A DNA stretch of 32,000 bases from Trichodesmium erythraeum IMS101 (GTDB lineage: Bacteria; Cyanobacteriota; Cyanobacteriia; Cyanobacteriales; Microcoleaceae). The notes beneath the pieces are model-generated. The model had not been told where the DNA came from, did no database searches, and saw nothing but the letters and a program-made list of their open reading frames with translations. Shown in pieces: positions 18,340 to 27,852 of the stretch. Position numbers and translations under genes: made by a program. The first letter of the stretch is position 1. Each line of letters starts with the position of its first letter. Location of the stretch: NCBI RefSeq assembly GCF_000014265.1, contig NC_008312.1, positions 3,030,001-3,062,000 on the forward strand. Direction: 5' to 3'.

Positions 18340-20928
18340 ATGAAAATGTATTTCTTTAGGAAAAAATCCGTTCAATTATTAGTAGTATTGCTAACTTTGA
18401 TTGCTACTCCTAGGCAATTAACAGCTAATAATTTATCTTTTTTAAGTAATACTATCCTAAATCAATCCATCAACTCAGATACTACTTACTCAGCACCTAA
18501 ATCATTACCAAGTGGCAGAAAAATCAAATTGTTTAGCTCTAGTAGTATGATAGTTATTAATCAAGTACTAAAACAAGTTTACGAAGAAAAATATCCAGAT
18601 GCTCAAGTTGAAATAACAAGAGGTGATACAAGTGAACTATTAGAAGTACTTCTAAAAGGAGAAACAGATTTAGTAGCCTTGGGACGTCGATTAACTGCTG
18701 AAGAAAAAAACCAAGGATTAGTTGAAGTCCCCATTAATCGGGGTAAGATTGCTATTGTAGTTGCCTCAGATAATCCATTTCAAGAAAACCTCTCATTTGA
18801 GAAATTTGCTCAAATATTCCGGGGAGAAATCACCAATTGGTCAAAACTAGGTGGTCCACAACTGCCCATTCGCTTAATTGATCGCCCAGAATCTAGTGAT
18901 ACGAGGGAAGCTCTCAAAAGCTATGATGTGTTTAAAAAAAGTCCATTTATGACTGGACGTAACGCTATCCAGTTATCCGAGGACGATACAGCAGTAGTCA
19001 TAAAAGAACTAGGTAAAAATGGGATTAGTTATGCAATCATGGACCAAGTTCTCAACAGGGAAAATGTTCGGATTATTCCGATGCACAAAACTCTGCCGAC
19101 TAACCCCCTATATCCATACTCTCAACCTCGTAACTTTGTTTACAAAAATGACACTGCCTCTCCAGAAGTTTTAGCATTTCTGGGTTTAGTCACTTCTGAA
19201 GATGGTCAACAAGTTGTGGCAAAAGCAGATAAACAAGGGAGAAGTGATTTAGCAAATCTTAGCTCGACCAATAAAGCGAACTCTTCAGATATAGTAACAT
19301 CACCTAGTCTTGATACTCAAATAAAGACAGAATTAAACAAACAAGAGAAAACTGATTCGGAAACTTTTGGAGGTCTGGTAACTGCACTTATAGGTGATAT
19401 TGGTAAGGAAACGGGAACAAAAAGAATTCCCTGGTGGATTTTACTATTGTTGAATATTCCTATTCTTGGAGCATTACTATGGGTATTTCTTAGAAGACGT
19501 GGAAATCAGTCAGTAGGAACAGGTGGAACTAGAGTAGTTCCAGGAACAACTACAGATTCAGACTTCACCTCGGTAGGAGAAACTCTTTTTGCTGAGGCTG
19601 AAGTTACTGAGGCAAATGATTTAACAGAAACAAGTTCAGAAAATGGTAATGAAGTAGCTGTTGTTGATCCCAGTATAAGTGTAGCAGGGGTAGAGGGAGT
19701 AGGAGAATTATTAGCAACCTGGGCTAGCCTTGAAAAAAATAGTCAAATAAGTCTGAGTCCAGGGGAAAGTCAAACAGTATTAGCAAGTTGGTCAGTACCA
19801 GAAGCTGATCAACTTGCAGCTAAATTACATGGAGCTAAACAATATCAATTGCGGGTTTATGATGTGACAGATATAGACCTAGATTTAGAACTGGCTGAAA
19901 GTATCAAGTATTATAATTTTGAAGATTCGAATCAGCAGTGGCAAATAGGAAGCTTACTGTTTGATCGCGAATATCAAGCTGAAATAGGTTATGCTACCGA
20001 TGATGATCGATGGTTACTATTGGCTCGTTCTAACCGGGTTAGAATAGATATATCCAAAAATGCTGATTTGGGAAGAGCTGGACAAGGGTTTGATAACCTT
20101 TTATTGAGAGATATAACGGTAGAAGATTATGTTAATAAAGATATTGAGGTAGTAAAAGAACCAGATTTAGAAAGGGGAGAAAGAGTAAGAGGGGTATTAC
20201 TTCCCTGTAAAATTACTATTACTCCTGATGATGCAGAAAATATGATGGTGACTTGGAAAGTTTCTCAAACAGCACAAAATGCATTAAAAGAACAGGGTGG
20301 AAAAGAATATCAACTGCGTATTTATGATGTGACGGATATTGACTTAGATAAACAGCCAGCCTACAATGTACAAGGTTATAATTGTCAAGAATCAATTCAG
20401 GAAATGCAAGTACCTGTTTTGATGATTAACCGCGAATATCAAGCTGAGATAGGCTATGTTACTGATTATGGCAAATTGTTGAAATTAGCTCGTTCTAATC
20501 GTATCCGCATACCTGCTATTGAAATTGATGATGTAAAAACTACACAGCTCAATGTAACTCAGACTAAAGCGGTAATTCAAGAGGAAGCATTGAAATCAAG
20601 TTGGGTTATTATAGTTCCTGTTAGTAGTCAAAGCGCCTATGTTCATTGGGGAGTTTCTCAAACTGCTAAAAATTTAGCTAAACAACAAGGTGGACAGCAA
20701 TACCAGTTACGAATTTTTGATATTACAGATATTGATATAGACTCACAGAACGCTCAAAATGTACAACAGTATGATTGTGATGGATCTAGCCAGAAACAAG
20801 AAATTCCTATCAATGTTAGTTCTGTTGGCTATGTTGATTATTTCGCAGAAATTGGTTATGTTACTGATGATTCGCAGTGGTTGATTATTGCTCGTTCTAA
20901 TCCTCTGCGAATACCTGTTTTGATTTAG
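18340..20928 (+). CDS. Signal/anchor + PstS-like substrate-binding domain + single TM helix + three tandem DUF4912-like domains (862 aa)
   Basis: N-terminal hydrophobic leader. Residues ~60-300 look like PBP_like_2/PstS (DLVALGRRLTAEE, IAIVVASDNP, FRGEITNWSKLGG, ISYAI). TM segment IPWWILLLLNIPILGALLWVFLRRRG at nt ~19426-19491. Three repeats each carry YQLR(V/I)(Y/F)D(V/I)TDID(L/I)D ... (E)Y(Q/F)AEIGY(A/V)TD ... ARSN(R/P)(V/I/L)RI. Confidence 0.85.
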   Translation: MKMYFFRKKSVQLLVVLLTLIATPRQLTANNLSFLSNTILNQSINSDTTYSAPKSLPSGRKIKLFSSSSMIVINQVLKQVYEEKYPDAQVEITRGDTSELLEVLLKGETDLVALGRRLTAEEKNQGLVEVPINRGKIAIVVASDNPFQENLSFEKFAQIFRGEITNWSKLGGPQLPIRLIDRPESSDTREALKSYDVFKKSPFMTGRNAIQLSEDDTAVVIKELGKNGISYAIMDQVLNRENVRIIPMHKTLPTNPLYPYSQPRNFVYKNDTASPEVLAFLGLVTSEDGQQVVAKADKQGRSDLANLSSTNKANSSDIVTSPSLDTQIKTELNKQEKTDSETFGGLVTALIGDIGKETGTKRIPWWILLLLNIPILGALLWVFLRRRGNQSVGTGGTRVVPGTTTDSDFTSVGETLFAEAEVTEANDLTETSSENGNEVAVVDPSISVAGVEGVGELLATWASLEKNSQISLSPGESQTVLASWSVPEADQLAAKLHGAKQYQLRVYDVTDIDLDLELAESIKYYNFEDSNQQWQIGSLLFDREYQAEIGYATDDDRWLLLARSNRVRIDISKNADLGRAGQGFDNLLLRDITVEDYVNKDIEVVKEPDLERGERVRGVLLPCKITITPDDAENMMVTWKVSQTAQNALKEQGGKEYQLRIYDVTDIDLDKQPAYNVQGYNCQESIQEMQVPVLMINREYQAEIGYVTDYGKLLKLARSNRIRIPAIEIDDVKTTQLNVTQTKAVIQEEALKSSWVIIVPVSSQSAYVHWGVSQTAKNLAKQQGGQQYQLRIFDITDIDIDSQNAQNVQQYDCDGSSQKQEIPINVSSVGYVDYFAEIGYVTDDSQWLIIARSNPLRIPVLI

Positions 20929-21130
20929 GAACAAAAATTCAATAAGATCCATTATTGAGATTTGTGGTTTAGCAATATAATTTTATTGGGGTAAATAATT
21001 ATTAAAAATAATTTTCCTTCTTGGTTAGCAGCTCTATGATGTGAAATTTTTACTGAGATATTTTAGTTGTTTTTTCAGGGCTTTCTTGATTTGTTTACAA
21101 GTGTTTAGTCTTTTTTTTGCGACGTTTAAA

Positions 21131-21310
21131 TGTTGTCAGCCTTACTATTGCCGAGCTTACCAACAAACTTTCACAGAAACTTTTGATGCTCTCTACTATT
21201 GTTGACAAATTGAAGCCGAAAAGATTCGTATAGTGTTATGGGTACACGGGGAAGGTAGTAGTTTAAGGAGAGTTAGTCGGACTACGAATCTAGCTTACAA
21301 CACAGTAGTT
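21131..21310 (+). pseudogene. IS1-like transposase fragment (zinc-ribbon end + HTH region) with in-frame stop
   Basis: Translation gives CCQPYYCRAYQQTFTETFDALYYC*QIEAEKIRIVLWVHGEGSSLRRVSRTTNLAYNTVV. The pattern Y.C..C..TF.E...(E.I)..(EG.S.R...R....NTV) is typical of cyanobacterial IS1-family transposase N-termini. Confidence 0.45.
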
Positions 21311-21439
21311 ATATCAAATCCGTTGGCTTTGGAGTCATATAATTTTTCTTGTCATTATAGGCCAAAGGCCTTTATACCTTAGAATATAGATTTAATTATG
21401 CTTCAATACTATATCATACCAATGATACCAAATTTGATA

Positions 21440-21541
21440 TTACTCTAATACGAGTAGCATTAAACAGCACCAATAAATCTGTTTTTCCTGATAATGACCA
21501 TTTTTGACTACTTTATGGTTTTAACAATAAGGACAATTCAT
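21440..21541 (-). pseudogene. IS1-like transposase N-terminal fragment, copy A (stop in zinc ribbon)
   Basis: The minus strand reads MNCPYC*NHKVVKNGHYQEKQIYWC. It belongs to a ~120-nt duplicated block whose partner is at 21660-21830. Confidence 0.4.
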
Positions 21542-21659
21542 CTCTCAATAAAGTCATAAAATATCATTCTTTATTGTTCAAGACCCAATGACTCAGAATA
21601 ACATGGGGTTAAGGGGCATTTTTAGACAAAACTCTTTAAGAGCATTAAGAGCAACAGAT

Positions 21660-21775
21660 AAGACACGGGTTTGAAGGCTCATTGACGGCCACACTCACGG
21701 CACAAATAACTCTGTTTTCCCTGATAATATAACATTTTTAACTACTTTATGGCTCTGACAATAAGGATAATCCAT
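21660..21775 (-). pseudogene. IS1-like transposase N-terminal fragment, copy B (frameshift and stop)
   Basis: The minus strand reads MDYPYCQSHKVVKNVILSGK. After a frameshift it reads GKQSYLCRECGRQ*. Its start lies 234 nt from the copy A start, and the 5' flank is also conserved (ctctcaataaa..atatcatt). Confidence 0.45.
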
Positions 21776-22337
21776 CTCTCAATAAAATTATTGAATATCA
21801 TTTTCTATTGTGCAATACTCCATGTCTTATTAAATTTTTATGGTTTACCCTAGCCGTTGTTAACTTAAACCAGCTATATTAAGTCTTAGTATAAAAGTTT
21901 ATAAATTGATGGATATTTAACCCCATAAATCTACTGCTGATTCATCTCACGGCAAATCACAAATTATGGCGTGAGGGTTCTCGACGGTCTAGCTAAAATA
22001 CACTTCTAGTTTTAGCACTAAGCTAGGTAAGTCAATCGACCTAACTTTTCTAGCTGTTGTAGTTTTTGTAAGACCATTCCCAAGTGAGTTAAGTAAGGCT
22101 AAAAAGTTGTTTAGTCTATAAGGAAAAATTAACCATTACCTACAAACTGTAATAGTTAGAATAACTATACAGATGCTCCCAAGTATATATCCTTTCAGTT
22201 AGCTATAGAAAATGGGGTCTATTGTGAATCCAGCATTTTGGAGGTTAGTTGTCATGACAACCATTACTAATGGTAATTGTGGGGTATCCAAGCCGTAAAT
22301 TTGATCAAGCTAGCATTAGCAGCATAGGAATAAGACT

Positions 22338-22799
22338 GTGGCTCATACATTTATATTAGAATCAGGCAAGTGGAATATAGCAGGAAATTGGTTAGAACGT
22401 AATGGAATGTTAATTACTGTCAAGGGTAAAACTATCGTGACATGGGATCGTACGGATTGGTTCTCTATGGTAACAAAACTAATATTTCCCACTCAAGACC
22501 GTGAGGAAATTATTTTACAATACAGAGGCCGTCTTGACAGTGATGAACGACGCTATACCTTTGTTCTTCAGCATAGTGAGCTAGGACAAGTGGAAGGAGA
22601 AGGATGGCTTGGTATTGATTCAATTACTCAACGCTATTGGGTACTTGGAAATGATGCACAACGTCGTAGTGGTTTTGAAACCTTACGTCGCTTAGATGAA
22701 GAGCGATATTACAGTAATAGTGCGGTTTTAACAGGTCTTTCTTTGCTTAGTGCTATGGAAGCAACTATGGAGCGTATAGAGCCTTATGCAGAGAGTTAA
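22338..22799 (+). CDS. Hypothetical protein (153 aa), GTG start
   Basis: Uninterrupted ORF with balanced, non-AT-driven composition (W/R/E/G rich). I recognise no motif. Confidence 0.6.
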   Translation: MAHTFILESGKWNIAGNWLERNGMLITVKGKTIVTWDRTDWFSMVTKLIFPTQDREEIILQYRGRLDSDERRYTFVLQHSELGQVEGEGWLGIDSITQRYWVLGNDAQRRSGFETLRRLDEERYYSNSAVLTGLSLLSAMEATMERIEPYAES

Positions 22800-23316
22800 T
22801 ATGATCAGGGCTTACCCAAGCAAGCTATATATAGTGTACTGAAATATTTAATTTTTAATACTATAGTTTGTGGTTTTTCCGGATAGATATTACTTTAGAG
22901 ATATATTATCTAATAACAATAAAATTACAATTTTTTTAATAGATTACAAACTGTTAAATTAGTTTGATAAAATTTTCCAATAATTAGATAATAATGACAT
23001 AATTATATTACTTTTCAAAATCATGGATTTTAATTATATTTTCAATTGTTAATATTTACTTAAATCTTATAGGAATGATACAATCAAAAACTTAGTAAGC
23101 CTAAATCAAAAATATTAGTCATGATACAATAAACTGTTACCTTAGAACAGAGTCTTTAAATTCACAAGATTGATGGCGAAATGTAAAAGAATAAATTGTA
23201 TCAAATATAGCAAATTAACAACTTAAGTATTTTTAAATAAGATGTAAAATCAGATTTGATTATTTACTAATAGTTAAATTGTACCCTACTGACTTCTGAC
23301 TAGTTGGCTTTTGTGT

Positions 23317-23349
23317 GGATGCCTTGGGCTTGTAAGCATCCAATTTTTT
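23317..23349 (+). terminator. Hairpin GGATGC-N13-GCATCC followed by AATTTTTT, immediately left of the tandem array
   Basis: Read directly. The 6-bp GC-rich stem and T-run overlap the 21-nt array flank that recurs at 24853. Confidence 0.35.
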
Positions 23350-23360
23350 AATGCAACTAA

Positions 23361-23467
23361 AATGAAGTTTATGATATTAAAAATGATATTTTTTGCTGGT
23401 TTTTAAGGTATTCTGAAGACTTGAAAAATTAGTTGATGCCTCATCATTTTTAATCTTTATTCATTTT
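23361..23467 (+). ncRNA. Candidate small transcript or mini-ORF cassette: the invariant 107-nt core (copy 1 of 8 shown)
   Basis: The mini-ORF at 23362-23406 encodes MKFMILKMIFFAGF*. An imperfect hairpin at 23415-23458 is followed by ATTCATTTT. A perfect TATAAT and a TTGA(C/A)A-N16-TATCAA lie in the preceding unit. There is no expression evidence, and whether it is RNA or peptide is undecided. Confidence 0.3.
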
Positions 23468-25084
23468 GGCGATCGCCTCCTTATTTCACGATTTCTAAGA
23501 ATAAATTATGATTATCAAATTATGTTATTTAATATAATAAATACTTGAAAAAAATGCTATTCTTTTTATCAAATAAAATGAAGTTTATGATATTAAAAAT
23601 GATATTTTTTGCTGGTTTTTAAGGTATTCTGAAGACTTGAAAAATTAGTTGATGCCTCATCATTTTTAATCTTTATTCATTTTGGCGATCGCCTCATTAT
23701 TTCACGATTTCTAAGAATAAATTATGATTATCGCATTATGTTATTTTATATAATAAATACTTGACAAAAATGCGATTCTTTTTATCAAATAAAATGAAGT
23801 TTATGATATTAAAAATGATATTTTTTGCTGGTTTTTAAGGTATTCTGAAGACTTGAAAAATTAGTTGATGCCTCATCATTTTTAATCTTTATTCATTTTA
23901 GCGATCGCCTCCTTATTTCACGATTTCTAAGAATAAATTATGATTATCGCATTATGTTATTTAATATAATAAATACTTGAAAAAAATGCTATTATTTTTA
24001 TCAAATAAAATGAAGTTTATGATATTAAAAATGATATTTTTTGCTGGTTTTTAAGGTATTCTGAAGACTTGAAAAATTAGTTGATGCCTCATCATTTTTA
24101 ATCTTTATTCATTTTGGCGATCGCCTCCTTATTTCACGATTTCTAAGAATAAATTATGATTATCAAATTATGTTATTTAATATAATAAATACTTGAAAAA
24201 AATGCTATTATTTTTATCAAATAAAATGAAGTTTATGATATTAAAAATGATATTTTTTGCTGGTTTTTAAGGTATTCTGAAGACTTGAAAAATTAGTTGA
24301 TGCCTCATCATTTTTAATCTTTATTCATTTTGGCGATCGCCTCATTATTTCACGATTTCTAAGAATAAATTATGATTATCGCATTATGTTATTTTATATA
24401 ATAAATACTTGACAAAAATGCGATTCTTTTTATCAAATAAAATGAAGTTTATGATATTAAAAATGATATTTTTTGCTGGTTTTTAAGGTATTCTGAAGAC
24501 TTGAAAAATTAGTTGATGCCTCATCATTTTTAATCTTTATTCATTTTAGCGATCGCCTCCTTATTTCACGATTTCTAAGAATAAATTATGATTATCGCAT
24601 TATGTTATTTAATATAATAAATACTTGAAAAAAATGCTATTATTTTTATCAAATAAAATGAAGTTTATGATATTAAAAATGATATTTTTTGCTGGTTTTT
24701 AAGGTATTCTGAAGACTTGAAAAATTAGTTGATGCCTCATCATTTTTAATCTTTATTCATTTTAGCGATCGCCTGATTATTTCAGGATTTCTAAGAATAA
24801 ATTATGATTATCGCATTATGTTATTTTATATAATAAATACTTGACAAAAATGCCAATTTTTTAATGCAACTAAAATGAAGTTTATGATATTAAAAATGAT
24901 ATTTTTTGCTGGTTTTTAAGGTATTCTGAAGACTTGAAAAATTAGTTGATGCCTCATCATTTTTAATCTTTATTCATTTTAGCGATCGCCTGATTATTTC
25001 ACGATTTCTAAGAATCAATTATGATTACCGCATTATGTTATTTAATATAATAAATACTTGACAAAAATGCCATTCTTTTTATCA
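23361..25084 (+). repeat. Tandem array of 8 x 216 bp with a 648-bp higher-order structure
   Basis: Unit starts (aatgaagttt) are at 23361, 23577, 23793, 24009, 24225, 24441, 24657 and 24874. Periods are 216 x6, then 217. The last unit diverges after 25084. Copies 1-3 and 4-6 differ at one base. Each unit carries one HIP1 site. Confidence 0.97.
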
Positions 25085-25329
25085 GACTACAAGTATAAAA
25101 ATGACAAATCCTGATAATAACCCCTGTTTTTTAATAAACCTTTAGATTAAAGTCAAGAGTAAATATACTCATATTGAACAAATTTTTGATATATTTTTAA
25201 TAATACCTCGAAAAGACAGCAGAGAAAAGCTTAAATATTATAAAGATTTATTTTTGATAGAGAAGTGGTAAAATAGAAAAATAGGTAGTATGCTGGACTC
25301 AGTAACCATTACTACTAAAATTATCAAAA

Positions 25330-25848
25330 ATGTTTGATACAAAATCTAAGTACAGCTTATGGGCCATAACTGCTATTATGACCATACTCACCACTACTCA
25401 AGCTGGTGCTTCTTCTTTTAAACTAACCTCAAAACAACTTCAATCAAGCAATACCAAAATTATCGCTCTCGATCAAGAAGCTAAAACAGAATTCGAGCGT
25501 GGGATTAAACTCTACAAAGAAGGAGATCTAAAATCAGCAGAAGCAGCATTTCGCAAGGCTATTGAACTTGATTCAGAATTTGCAGAAGCTTATGCTAACT
25601 TAGGTAGTCTTTTGGCAAGTCAAAATAATTTACCGGAAGCAATATCCCAATTTGAAAACGCTGTTCGTCTTAAACCAGAACTAGCGGTGCTTCATTATCA
25701 GTTAGGGGTAGCTTTGTATTTGGAAAATAAACGACCTGAAGCGTTAGTATCTCTGACTAAAGCTAGAGACTTATTAACAAAACAAGGAAAAATTGAAGAT
25801 GCAGCAAAAATTGAGAAAGCAATAAAAAGGATTCAAGCAGAATCTTAA
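25330..25848 (+). CDS. TPR-repeat protein with N-terminal signal/anchor (172 aa)
   Basis: Hydrophobic leader LWAITAIMTILTTTQAGA. Followed by TPR-like 34-mers (AEAAFRKAIELDSEFAEAYANLGSLL.., AISQFENAVRLKPELAVLHYQLGVAL). Confidence 0.8.
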   Translation: MFDTKSKYSLWAITAIMTILTTTQAGASSFKLTSKQLQSSNTKIIALDQEAKTEFERGIKLYKEGDLKSAEAAFRKAIELDSEFAEAYANLGSLLASQNNLPEAISQFENAVRLKPELAVLHYQLGVALYLENKRPEALVSLTKARDLLTKQGKIEDAAKIEKAIKRIQAES

Positions 25849-26221
25849 TTGATGTTTTAATACGATAATTTTCGGAAATTATTTCACCGAATAGATATAG
25901 GGGAGATTTTTCAGCTCTTTGAAAACATAAAAATATCGAATCAAGTTTCTGAATCTCATTTGGCATTTTAGCCGGTCGCCAATATTTCTGTATAGTATGA
26001 CGAATAGAAAATTTTGGTTGGCTAAGATGAAAGGCAAATCGTTATTACTAGTTTCAGAATCAGATGATTACTTATTAGACTATTATAATATGTGTTGAAG
26101 TGATAAATATAGTTAATAAATTACGGGGTGATAAGCTAGTTAAAAGTTATATATATAAATGGGTGAGCCTTTAGAAAATGAAGAATACTTTAACTAAAAA
26201 AAAACTTTATTGACAGTGAAT

Positions 26222-26258
26222 GGGATGTAGTATGAGCCAAAGGCTTGCTCTACATCCC
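26222..26258 (+). other. Two-tier hairpin GGGATGTAG-tatg-AGCC-aaa-GGCT-tgct-CTACATCCC
   Basis: 9-bp perfect outer stem plus 4-bp inner stem. An A-run lies upstream and CTACTTTT downstream. It sits ~375 nt after the TPR gene stop and has no adjacent ORF. Confidence 0.35.
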
Positions 26259-26547
26259 CTACTTTTAGCTGAATTATTTATTTATTTCAGTAATTTTTAA
26301 AATCGTTAAAAATATTATAAAAAAGAACTGGTAATTACAAATAAAAATCAATAAATGTGAATATATTAGGCTTTTGTCAAAACCATATTAAGCTAACAGA
26401 GAACTTCTATAGTATCTGCTTTCACGTTAGTAGATAAAAAAATTATTCTATCTGTTGAATTTAAGATTTACTTTATGCATCAGCTCTAATTTGTTTTACC
26501 AATATTCTTTTTTTAGCTTTCTCTTGGAGATTTCTAGTGAATAATTT

Positions 26548-26597
26548 AATAGTTTTAAAAGAGGAGTTGCTATGAATAAAAACTTCCTCTTTTTTTG
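26548..26597 (+). repeat. Short dispersed hairpin element, copy 1 (aatagttttaaaagaggagttgctat...ttcctcttttttt)
   Basis: 25/26 nt are identical to 27853-27878. The AAAGAGGA/TCCTCTTT stem is followed by a T-run. It lies ~130 nt beyond the stop of the minus-strand MEKHLA gene. Confidence 0.6.
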
Positions 26598-26727
26598 CAA
26601 AGGCTAGACCTAACTAGAAAATACAAATGCGACTATTTCAGAGTATAACTACTATCTATTGCGATGGAATAACCTGTAATAAAACTAGCCACATCAGAGC
26701 ATGACCAAACAAGGGCATTAGCCACTT

Positions 26728-27204
26728 CTAAATATACTTCCACTGCTTAAAAGTAGCAGCTTGACCACATTGCTGTTGATTTTCATCTAGAATATTCCAG
26801 ATAATAGCATTTGAAATCCAAAATTGTTTGCCTTTGCTAGAAATACGTATTCCCCGATAATTATCAATATACCCTTGAGTTTTTGCCTGGGTCAGTAATA
26901 GCTGGCGATCTTCGCGCTGTAAAGGTTGCGCTGTCTCACAAGAAGGGGTATGAGTGAACTGTTCCCAAGTCATTTCCCACAAATCTAATGCTTGCTGATT
27001 ACCATAATTTAAGATAGGGTTTTCTTCTATACCGTGAGAAGCAACAACAAATGAAGTTTCCCATAATGCTTGAGCCATAAGTTGTGGAGTTCCATCTATA
27101 TCGAGTAGACATTGACCAGTCCAATGTTTATAGCTCAATAACAGCCTTTGAGTATGGTGAATGATGGTTTCTTGTTTCCAGGGATATAGGATATTTTCAG
27201 TCAT
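26728..27204 (-). CDS. MEKHLA-domain protein (158 aa)
   Basis: The C-terminal two-thirds match the MEKHLA pattern as I remember it: ILNYGNQQALDLWEMTWEQFT..PS..TAQP..REDR..LL......GYIDNYRGIRISSKGKQF.I..A.IWNI.DE....CGQAATF..W. Confidence 0.8.
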   Translation of the reverse strand: MTENILYPWKQETIIHHTQRLLLSYKHWTGQCLLDIDGTPQLMAQALWETSFVVASHGIEENPILNYGNQQALDLWEMTWEQFTHTPSCETAQPLQREDRQLLLTQAKTQGYIDNYRGIRISSKGKQFWISNAIIWNILDENQQQCGQAATFKQWKYI

Positions 27205-27852
27205 TAATGATTTTTTAAAAGTTAATCATCAAGAATTTTATCTTAATTTTTTACTTTTTGAATTAAATTGCCTTTGACTTTTTACCTAGAAATTTGAATT
27301 AATGATTCATATTGCCTGAGAATAAAGATGTATGTCAATTTTACAATAAGACTTTGCTAGAAATATGTTGTATGATCTGGCTGTTTCGGAGGACTATGTT
27401 ATCAGATAATTAATTATTGAAAAAACTAATTTATAATTTTTGGTTGTTACGAAAAAAGATATAATTATGATATTTAATACCTAATAAAGAAATCAGGTTA
27501 ATTGTTTTGATTTTTATTTTTAAAACTACACAATTTCCTTGATAAACCTTCTCTGTAGCTTCTATAAGTTTCTGAATTATATAAATTAACTGTTATTCAA
27601 GATTAATATATTTGCAGATAATGAGAAAAGATTCAATGAAAAAAATCACTAATACACTTTTGATTTAACGAATATTTTTTAACTATATTTTATATTTTAA
27701 TCCTTATATTTTAATCCTGGGTTTAAATAGTTAATTTTTAATAATTTTAGGGTTTCATTAATCCTACTTTTTAATCTAAAAAAAATAATATTTTCTGGCA
27801 ATTTTTTTTGTGATTTTGGTAGGGAATAATTTGACTATTCAGTTTATAGTTA

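Noticed and set aside
20743-20952. 69-aa ORF on the minus strand
   Set aside because: Shadow ORF antisense to the 3' end of the 862-aa CDS.
23470-23500. Strong AGGAGG Shine-Dalgarno plus ATG on the minus strand of the tandem-repeat unit
   Set aside because: The downstream ORF is only 4 codons (MNKD*). The AGGAGG is not conserved among copies (taaggagg / taatgagg / taatcagg), so it lies in the variable part of the unit.
25763-25966. 67-aa ORF on the minus strand
   Set aside because: It overlaps the TPR gene 3' end antisense and has noise-like composition.
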